The position numbers and the translations under genes were made by a program. Shown here piece after piece: positions 57,354 to 64,000 of a DNA stretch of 64,000 nucleotides. The stretch is taken from NCBI GenBank assembly GCA_031277805.1, contig JAITLR010000010.1, positions 7,256-71,255 of the forward strand, read 5' to 3'. The stretch is from Comamonas sp. (GTDB taxonomy: Bacteria > Pseudomonadota > Gammaproteobacteria > Burkholderiales > Burkholderiaceae_C). The first letter of the stretch is position 1. Each line of letters opens with the position of its first letter. Below the pieces are notes generated by a model. That model did no database searches, was not told the DNA's origin, and saw only the letters and a list, made by a program, of their open reading frames with translations.

Positions 57354-57412
57354 AGCCTTTAAGGCCTCAACCCCTTATCCAGAAAGCGTTAAAAGCTATC
57401 TTTTCAGAAGCA
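57350..57412 (+). repeat. GCTATC-family repeat
   Basis: TTGAAGCCTTTAAGGCCTCAACCCCTTATCCAGAAAGCGTTAAAAGCTATCTTTTCAGAAGCA fills the gap between convergent genes. Confidence 0.65.
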
Positions 57413-57414
57413 GA

Positions 57415-58593
57415 TCAGGCTAGCGCCTCGGCCGGGCCGAAGAACTCGTAGCGCACCTGCTTGTCGGGCACGCCCAGGTTATGAAGCGAGCGCTTGAGCA
57501 CGCGCATGAAGGGGCGTGGGCCCAGGAAGTAGACATCGGCGTCGCGCGAGGCGGGCAGCCATTCGCCCAGACGCTGCTCGGTCAGATAGCCTTCGGCGTC
57601 CACCTGATCTTCTGGCACGGCGCGGTCGTAGCAGTAGTAGCGCGTGAGCTGCGGATGCTCGGTCGCCAGCTGGTCGATACGCTCGCGAAAAGCGTGCACC
57701 GAGCGCTCACGTGCGCAATGAATGAAGGTGACCGGACGCTTGGCAGCCAGCGCCGTGGCCAGCATGGGGAGCGTGGGCGTGATGCCGACGCCGCCGCTGA
57801 TCAGCACCAGCGGCTTGCTGCTGTCCTGCAGTGTGAAATGACCGGCCGGAGGGAACAGCGACAGCGTGTCGCCCACCTGGATCTGGTCATGCAGGAAGTT
57901 GGACACCTTGCCACCGGCTTCGCGCTTGACGCTGATGCGCAGGCTCTTGCCGTTGGCGGGCGCCGACAGCGAATAGTTGCGACGCTGCTCCACACCATCG
58001 ACCATCACACGCAGGCCGATGTACTGGCCTGGCAAATGGGCGATGACCTGGCCGCCATCGGCGGGCACCAGATAGAACGAAGTGATCTCGGCGCTTTCCT
58101 GCACCTTCTTCTCGACCTTGAAGGCCCGCTCGCCGCGCCAGCCACCTTCGGCCTCGGCCGTGCGGTCGTAGACGCTACGCTCGGCGGCGATCAGGATGTC
58201 AGCCAGCTGCTGATAGGCCGCGCCCCAGGCTTCGATGACTTCATCGGTCGCAATCTCGGCACCCAGCACTTCGCGGATGGCTCGCAGCAGGCAGGCGCCC
58301 ACGATGGGGTAATGCTCGGCCTGCACCTGCAGCGCCACATGCTTGTTGACGATCTGCGCGGGCAGGTCACCCAGGGCTTCGAGCTTGTCGATGTGCTTGG
58401 CGTACATCAGCACGCTATAGGCCAGTGCACGCGGCTGGGCGCCGCTTTGCTGGTGGGCCTGGTTGAACAGCGGGCGCACCTCGGGGTACTCGCCCAGCAT
58501 GGTGTTGTAGAAGTGAGTGATCAGCGCTTCGCCGCCGGTTTCCAGCAGAGGGACGGTGGCTTTGACAATTTCGCGTTGACGTTCAGTAAGCAT
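57415..58593 (-). CDS. hmp: Flavohemoglobin (NO dioxygenase)
   Basis: Globin domain (KHVAL…HYPIVG), RNYSLS, GGVGITP and YEFFGP motifs. Confidence 0.96.
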   Translation of the reverse strand: MLTERQREIVKATVPLLETGGEALITHFYNTMLGEYPEVRPLFNQAHQQSGAQPRALAYSVLMYAKHIDKLEALGDLPAQIVNKHVALQVQAEHYPIVGACLLRAIREVLGAEIATDEVIEAWGAAYQQLADILIAAERSVYDRTAEAEGGWRGERAFKVEKKVQESAEITSFYLVPADGGQVIAHLPGQYIGLRVMVDGVEQRRNYSLSAPANGKSLRISVKREAGGKVSNFLHDQIQVGDTLSLFPPAGHFTLQDSSKPLVLISGGVGITPTLPMLATALAAKRPVTFIHCARERSVHAFRERIDQLATEHPQLTRYYCYDRAVPEDQVDAEGYLTEQRLGEWLPASRDADVYFLGPRPFMRVLKRSLHNLGVPDKQVRYEFFGPAEALA

Positions 58594-58643
58594 GCAAATC
58601 TCCAGATTCCAGCCCAGCCAGCTGCGGGGCTTGCTCCTATCAA

Positions 58644-58659
58644 TGCAAATCGCGTGCCA
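58644..58659 (-). promoter_or_regulatory. Sigma-54 promoter of hmp
   Basis: Minus strand TGGCACGCGATTTGCA equals TGGCAC-N5-TTGCA. Confidence 0.9.
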
Positions 58660-58700
58660 GGTTCACATCCCTTGTCAAACAAGGGTTTGCCAAAACATGT

Positions 58701-58757
58701 GTCAATATGACATCCATCAAATGCAGTCTTTTTGACAAAATTTAGAGTCACTATGAC
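58701..58757. promoter_or_regulatory. Three NorR enhancer sites (GT-N7-AC)
   Basis: GTCAATATGAC (58701), GTCTTTTTGAC (58726) and GTCACTATGAC (58747, overlapping the norR ATG). Confidence 0.88.
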
Positions 58758-60324
58758 AACAAGCCATATTCTCAATGCCGTCATCCCGCTGGTCGCGGAT
58801 CTGGCCCAGGACATGCCGGAGCGAGAGCGCATGCGCCGCCTGCTGGCGGCCCTGCGCACTTTGCTGCCCGCAGATGCCGTGGCCCTGCTGCGACTGGAGG
58901 GCGAATGGCTGCGTCCCATGGCCATCGACGGCCTGGTGCCAGACGCGTTGGGGCGGCGCTTTCGCCTGGCCGAGCACCCGCGCTTTGCGCAGCTGCTGGC
59001 CGCAGGCCAGGCCATGCGCTTCGCGCCCGACAGCCCCTTGCCCGACCCCTATGACGGCCTGGTCGCCCACCACGGCCAGCCTATTGCCGAGCTCCATGTG
59101 CATGACTGCATGGGTTGTGTGCTGCAGCTGGGCGGCCTGCCCTGGGGCTTGCTGACGCTGGATGCCATGCAGCCCGGACGTTTTGCCGATGCTGCCTCGC
59201 TGGAGCTGCTGCAGGCCTTCAGCAATCTGGCGGCAGCCACCGTCGCCACGGCCGAACGGGTGCAGCAGATGGCTCAACTGGCCCACAGCGCCAGCAGCAC
59301 CGGTACGGTCAAGGCATCCACCGACCGGGTGCTGCTGGGGCACAGCCCCGCCATGCGCAGGCTGCAAAAAGACATTGCCCTGATTGCAGGCAGCGATCTC
59401 AGCGTACTCATCACCGGGGAAACCGGCACCGGCAAGGAACTGGTGGCCCGGGCCGTGCATGCCCAGTCTTCACGCGCCAGCCACCCCATGGTCAGCATCA
59501 ACTGTGCCGCCCTGCCCGACAACCTGGTGGAGAGCGAGCTGTTCGGCCATGTACGCGGCGCATTCACCGGCGCCCAGACGGAGCGCAGTGGCAAGTTCGA
59601 GCAGGCCCATCAGGGCACGCTATTCCTCGACGAGGTGGGCGAGCTGTCGCTGCCCGTGCAGGCCAAGCTGCTGCGCGTGCTGCAAAGCGGCCAGTTGCAG
59701 CGCCTGGGATCGGACCGCGAGCACCATGTGGATGTGCGCGTGATCGCCGCCACCAACCGCGACCTGGCCGCAGAAGTCAGCGCCGGCCGCATGCGCTCGG
59801 ACTTCTATCACCGCCTCAATGTCTATCCCTTGCAGCTGCCGTCGCTGCGCGAGCGCGACAGCGATGTGCTGCTGCTGGCGGGCTACTTCCTGGAAGAAAA
59901 CCGCTCACGCCTGCAACTGGGAGGATTGCGCCTGGATGCAGCCGCGCAAGCCGCCTTGCTCAAACATGCCTGGCCCGGCAATGTGCGCGAACTCGAACAC
60001 CTGATCAGCCGCGCCGTGCTCAAGGCTCTGAGCCGCCAGGATGCCGGCGCCAGTCGGGGCAGACCGCGCATGCTCACGCTCAGGACCGATGATCTGGAGA
60101 TCGGGCCAGGGCCGCACGCGCAGCAGCCGCCTCAGCAGGAGCCAGCGTCGATGCCCGCCGCCACGACCAGCTTGCGCGATGCCGTGGCGGCTCATGAGCG
60201 GGCCTTGATCAGCGCCAGCCTCAACCGCCATCACGGCAGCTGGGCCGCAGCCGCCAGAGAGTTGCAGGTGGACAGGGCCAATCTGCAGCGCATGGCCAAA
60301 CGGTTGAATATAGAAAAATCCTGA
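58753..60324 (+). CDS. norR: NO-responsive sigma-54 activator NorR/FhpR
   Basis: GAF domain with LPDPYDGL and VHDCMG; [21 protein letters not shown] and WPGNVREL; C-terminal HTH. Confidence 0.95.
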   Translation: MTTSHILNAVIPLVADLAQDMPERERMRRLLAALRTLLPADAVALLRLEGEWLRPMAIDGLVPDALGRRFRLAEHPRFAQLLAAGQAMRFAPDSPLPDPYDGLVAHHGQPIAELHVHDCMGCVLQLGGLPWGLLTLDAMQPGRFADAASLELLQAFSNLAAATVATAERVQQMAQLAHSASSTGTVKASTDRVLLGHSPAMRRLQKDIALIAGSDLSVLITGETGTGKELVARAVHAQSSRASHPMVSINCAALPDNLVESELFGHVRGAFTGAQTERSGKFEQAHQGTLFLDEVGELSLPVQAKLLRVLQSGQLQRLGSDREHHVDVRVIAATNRDLAAEVSAGRMRSDFYHRLNVYPLQLPSLRERDSDVLLLAGYFLEENRSRLQLGGLRLDAAAQAALLKHAWPGNVRELEHLISRAVLKALSRQDAGASRGRPRMLTLRTDDLEIGPGPHAQQPPQQEPASMPAATTSLRDAVAAHERALISASLNRHHGSWAAAARELQVDRANLQRMAKRLNIEKS

Positions 60325-60343
60325 GCCGGGCCAGAGCCACTCG

Positions 60344-60760
60344 TCAACGGCCCTGTATGCCCAACAGCTCCACATCAAAGCTCAAGGTCGCATTGGGCGG
60401 TATGACACGGCCCGATCCGCGCGTACCATAAGCCAGGGAAGGCGGGCAGGTAAAGCGCGCCTTTCCGCCCACCCTCATGCGCTGCGTACCCTCCTGCCAG
60501 CAGGCAATGACGCTGCCCAATGGAAACTCGATGGGCCGGTTGCGTGCATAAGAGCTGTCGAACTCCTTGCCGGAGTCCGGAAAATAACCACGGTAATGCA
60601 CCTTGATCACATCCGAAGCCGTGGGGCTCGGGCCTGTGCCCTGCACCAGGCTTTCGAAGATCAGTCCGTTGCTGTGAACCTCTGCGGCTGCAGTCCCGGA
60701 CAAGGCCAGGAAAAGAGAAGGCAGGGCCCATAAAAAAGCCCTCACGCTTGCCCACTGCAT
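60344..60760 (-). CDS. FKBP-type peptidyl-prolyl isomerase, exported
   Basis: VHYRG, EFDSS, VIACWQEG, LAYG and IPPNATL-FDVELL motifs plus a signal peptide. Confidence 0.9.
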   Translation of the reverse strand: MQWASVRAFLWALPSLFLALSGTAAAEVHSNGLIFESLVQGTGPSPTASDVIKVHYRGYFPDSGKEFDSSYARNRPIEFPLGSVIACWQEGTQRMRVGGKARFTCPPSLAYGTRGSGRVIPPNATLSFDVELLGIQGR

Positions 60761-60925
60761 GTAGTCACGGCCCCAGCGCCGGGCGCCCCCTACGCCGGGC
60801 GCCCCTGCTGGAGCGCTTATTGCCTTGGGGTGGCCTGGCGATAAAAAATGGCTTGCTGCTTTCATATCCAAGACACGACAAAGAGAAGTTCCGAGACTGT
60901 AGCCGGGCCTCTTCTCATGTTTATG

Positions 60926-61399
60926 TCACCTGCCGGCCGTGCAGGGTTCCAGGCGCCTGGCACGCCACTCCCAGGTATCGCCCACAGTGTTCACCGCATG
61001 GCCCTGCAACTGGTCGGAGCTGCCATTCATCATCCCCGAATACACGGCATAGCCATCATTGAAGCGCAGTTGCACATGGCGCCCATTGCTTTCCCAACGG
61101 TCGTTGTTCGGCGTTTTGTCATTGGGGTGCGCATTGAGCATGCGCCCGCCCGGCAGCAGCCTGAACACATAGCTGCGCGCAGGCTCTCCCTGCGTCTTGT
61201 AGCTGATCAACCAACGGCTGCCCGACAGCGGGTTGCCGTCACTCGCAGTGTTGTCCGCAACAGAAACGCTGCGGTCACACAGCGAATCCTGCGCGGACGC
61301 TGCCGGCGCAGGCGCCGCAACACGCTTGGCCTGTGCGGTCTGCAGGGATGCAAACGCCAGCAGTGCCACTGCGCACCAGCCTGAAATACGCCTTGCCAT
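60926..61399 (-). CDS. Exported hypothetical protein
   Basis: Signal peptide, GGAGG RBS and a beta-rich body. Confidence 0.65.
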   Translation of the reverse strand: MARRISGWCAVALLAFASLQTAQAKRVAAPAPAASAQDSLCDRSVSVADNTASDGNPLSGSRWLISYKTQGEPARSYVFRLLPGGRMLNAHPNDKTPNNDRWESNGRHVQLRFNDGYAVYSGMMNGSSDQLQGHAVNTVGDTWEWRARRLEPCTAGR

Positions 61400-61440
61400 T
61401 CAGCCTCCTTGTGTTGCGGTCTGCCCTGCGAGCACAGACA

Positions 61441-62571
61441 TCAGACGCCGATATCGTCGAGCGCCTTGCGCAGATGGCCGACGGTACGTTCCACGTTATG
61501 CCACTTCTCCAGTCCGAACAGGCCCAGACGGAAGGTCTGGAAATCCGGCCCTTCGTCGCACTGCAGCGGCACGCCCGATGCGGTCTGCAGCCCCACCTTG
61601 ATGAAGGCGCGGCCGCTTTGAATCTCGGGATCGATGGTGTAGCTGACCACAACACCCGGAGACTTGAAGCCTTCGGCTGCCACGCTGGGGAAGCCCCGCG
61701 ACTGCAACAGCTCACGCACCTGCGTACCCAGCGCCATCTGCTCCTCGCGCACCTTGGCAAAGCCGTATTCACGCGTCTCCAGCATCACATCACGCAGACG
61801 CAGCAGCGCGTCGGTAGGCAAGGTGGTGTGATAGGCGTGCTGGCCTTTTTCGTAGCCTTCGGCGATCTGCATCCACTTCTTGAGGTCGCAGGAGAAGCTG
61901 GAGCTTTGCGTGTGCTCGATGGCTTCGCGCGCGCGCTGCGAGAGCATGATCATGGCGCAGCAGGGCGAGCTGCTCCAGCCCTTTTGCGGCGCGGAGATCA
62001 GCACGTCCACACCGGTCTTCTCCATGTCCACCCACATGGCACCTGAAGCTACGCAGTCGAGCACGAACAGCGCACCGACTTCGTGTGCCGCATCGGCCAC
62101 GGTGCGCAGGTAATCGTCAGGCAGCAGAATGCCGCTGGCCGTTTCCACATGCGGCGCAAACACCACCTTGGGGCGTTCGATACGGATGGTCTCGGCCACA
62201 TCCGCCGCCGGGCATGGAGCCCAGGGCGCCTGAGCACCCTCACCTTGCTTGCGCGCCTTGCAGACCACCGAGCCGCCGCCCAGCGCGCCTTCGTCGAAGA
62301 TCTGGGTCCAGCGGTAGCTGAACCAGCCGTTGCGCACGATCAGCACCTTTTCACGGTTGGCAAACTGGCGCGCCACGGCTTCCATGCCGAAGGTGCCGCT
62401 GCCGGGCACCAGCACCGCTGTATGGGCGTGATAGACGTCCTTGAGCGTGCCCAGAATGTCCTGCATCACGCCGACGAATTTCTTGGACATGTGGTTGAGC
62501 GCTCGGTCGGTGTAGACCACCGAAAACTCGAGCAGGCCATCGGGATCGATATCGGGCAGAAGTCCGGGCAT
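61441..62571 (-). CDS. Class V aminotransferase (alanine/serine-glyoxylate transaminase-like)
   Basis: PGSGTFGME, HVETASG, VLDCVAS and SAPQKG (PLP lysine) motifs. Confidence 0.9.
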   Translation of the reverse strand: MPGLLPDIDPDGLLEFSVVYTDRALNHMSKKFVGVMQDILGTLKDVYHAHTAVLVPGSGTFGMEAVARQFANREKVLIVRNGWFSYRWTQIFDEGALGGGSVVCKARKQGEGAQAPWAPCPAADVAETIRIERPKVVFAPHVETASGILLPDDYLRTVADAAHEVGALFVLDCVASGAMWVDMEKTGVDVLISAPQKGWSSSPCCAMIMLSQRAREAIEHTQSSSFSCDLKKWMQIAEGYEKGQHAYHTTLPTDALLRLRDVMLETREYGFAKVREEQMALGTQVRELLQSRGFPSVAAEGFKSPGVVVSYTIDPEIQSGRAFIKVGLQTASGVPLQCDEGPDFQTFRLGLFGLEKWHNVERTVGHLRKALDDIGV

Positions 62572-62719
62572 GAAATTATCTCCAGTCACATGGGCCGCAT
62601 CCCATGCGCCGGGCGCGGCCGATTATTGAGTCAAGACTTCCAGCTTAGCATGGGAAAGCAGGCGCCCAACGTCTGGAAACAGCCCCCACAGGCGCTTCAT
62701 GGATCGAGTGCGACCAGCC

Positions 62720-62760
62720 AAAAACAAGGGCCGCAGCCTCTTGCCAGGCTGCGGCCTTGC
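62720..62760 (-). terminator. Intrinsic terminator after the carboxyltransferase gene
   Basis: GGCCGCAGCCT / AGGCTGCGGCC stem followed by TTGTTTTT on the minus strand. Confidence 0.75.
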
Positions 62761-62780
62761 TTCATGATCCGCCGCGGCGG

Positions 62781-64000
62781 CTACCAGGTATCGACAAACC
62801 GGGCCGGCTCATCGCGCAGGCGGGCGCCTGCCAGCCCGTGCACCAGCCAGGCGCGCGTGTCGGCGGGGTCGATCACGGCATCGATCTCCAGCGTACTGGC
62901 CATGTGCATGGCCTCGCCGTGGGCGTATTGCTGGGCCAGCAGCTTCTGGAACAGCGCATCGCGCTCGGCGCCTTCGGGCAGGGCTTCGAGCTCCTTGCGA
63001 AAACCCAGGCGCACGGCACCTTCCAGCCCCATGGCGCCAAACTCTCCCGTAGGCCAGGCCACGTTGAAGATGGGCGCATGAAAGCTGCCTGCCGTCATGC
63101 CCATGGCGCCCAGGCCATAACCCTTGCGCAGCACCACGCTGAAATACGGCACGCGCAGCTTGGCAGCCGTGACGAACAGGCGGCTGACATGGCGCACCTG
63201 GGCCGTTTTCTCGACCTCGGGGCCGACCATGAAGCCAGGCGTGTCGACCAGACTGACGATGGCGATGCCGTGCGCATTGCACAGCTGCATGAAACGCGCG
63301 GCCTTGTCGGCGGCATCGGCATCAATGGCGCCGCCCAGGTGCGAGGGATTATTGGCCATCAGCCCCACGGGCCGGCCCTCGATGCGCGCCAGCGCCGTGT
63401 GGATGCCGGCGCCAAAGCCCGTGCGCAACATGAGCAGGCTGCCCTCATCCACCAGATGCACCATGGCCGCACGCGTGTCGTAGGCGCGTAGTCGGTTCTC
63501 GGGCACCACATGGCGCAGCTGCCGCGTGTCGGGTGCATTCCATTCGTGCGTGCGGCCCTGGAAGAACGACAGGTAATGCTTGGCCGCCACCACGGCCTGG
63601 GCCTCGTCCTCGACCAGGATGTCGATCACGCCGCTGGCATGCTGCACATCGCTGGGCCCCACCTGCTCGGGCTTGAAAACGCCCAGGCCGCCGCCTTCAA
63701 TCATGGCCGGCCCGCCCATGCCTATGGTGCTGGAGCGCGTGGCGATGATGACGTCGCTGCAGCCCAGCAGCGCCGCATTGCCCGCAAAGCAGCGGCCGTG
63801 GGTGATGCCCACCACGGGCACCTGGCCCGACAGCGCCGCATAGGCTGCGAAGGTATGCACATGCAGGCCCGCGACCACGGGCGTGTCGGTGTCTCCGGGG
63901 CGCCCGCCGCCGCCTTCGGCGAACAGCACCACGGGCAGCTTCTGTTGCAGGGCAATGCCCAGCATGCGGTCGGTCTTGGCATGGTTGCGCGAGCCCTGGG
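62781..64000 (-). CDS. Acyl-CoA carboxylase carboxyltransferase domain, 5'-truncated by the window edge
   Basis: EGGGGRPGD, GRCFAGNA, DTPGFMVG, RKGYGLG and IDAVIDPADTR motifs; the frame is open to the edge. Confidence 0.9.
   Translation of the reverse strand, partial: QGSRNHAKTDRMLGIALQQKLPVVLFAEGGGGRPGDTDTPVVAGLHVHTFAAYAALSGQVPVVGITHGRCFAGNAALLGCSDVIIATRSSTIGMGGPAMIEGGGLGVFKPEQVGPSDVQHASGVIDILVEDEAQAVVAAKHYLSFFQGRTHEWNAPDTRQLRHVVPENRLRAYDTRAAMVHLVDEGSLLMLRTGFGAGIHTALARIEGRPVGLMANNPSHLGGAIDADAADKAARFMQLCNAHGIAIVSLVDTPGFMVGPEVEKTAQVRHVSRLFVTAAKLRVPYFSVVLRKGYGLGAMGMTAGSFHAPIFNVAWPTGEFGAMGLEGAVRLGFRKELEALPEGAERDALFQKLLAQQYAHGEAMHMASTLEIDAVIDPADTRAWLVHGLAGARLRDEPARFVDTW

Noticed and set aside
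60777-60805. 13-bp direct repeat CGCCGGGCGCCCC twice upstream of FKBP
   Set aside because: Pure G/C and only two copies, so it could be chance in this genome.
1-64000. CRISPR arrays, tRNA/rRNA genes, prophage or recognisable defence genes
   Set aside because: No regularly spaced repeats or diagnostic motifs were seen; the repeats found are dispersed, not arrayed.

Overview
A GC-rich, gene-dense betaproteobacterial chromosome segment. Gene content and intergenic repeats suggest Comamonadaceae, probably Comamonas; this is an inference. It holds about 55 genes. Envelope and transport: eptA, a porin, two Bug/TctC receptors, three orphan LivJ-type receptors, and czcCBA with its two-component system. 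Metabolism: an acyl-CoA-binding protein, a TauD-BKACE catabolic cluster with AraC, an M20 amidohydrolase, a molybdopterin oxidoreductase, FAH/IclR, purU, glcD, dsdA, hmp/norR, a class V aminotransferase and a truncated carboxyltransferase. Signalling: two c-di-GMP enzymes. No rRNA, tRNA, CRISPR array, integrase or transposase is visible. The best candidate for an undescribed system is a tightly coupled four-gene operon at 49727-55872 (-). It encodes (1) a six-CxxC zinc-ribbon protein with a degenerate GGDEF domain that keeps its RxxD site, (2) a processive GT2 synthase, (3) a TolC-like protein fused to a GH18-like barrel, and (4) a HlyD adaptor. This looks like a c-di-GMP-gated polysaccharide synthesis and export machine. 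Other notable signals are two families of dispersed non-coding repeats: an 80-bp MITE-like element in 3 copies, and a roughly 55-bp GCTATC repeat in about 9 copies, two of them read in frame inside genes. A 440-bp DUF5713 cassette splits czcR from czcS and is bounded by a 9/10 direct repeat, and there is a stand-alone EF-Tu domain III-like gene. Family names come from motifs recognised by eye, not from database searches.
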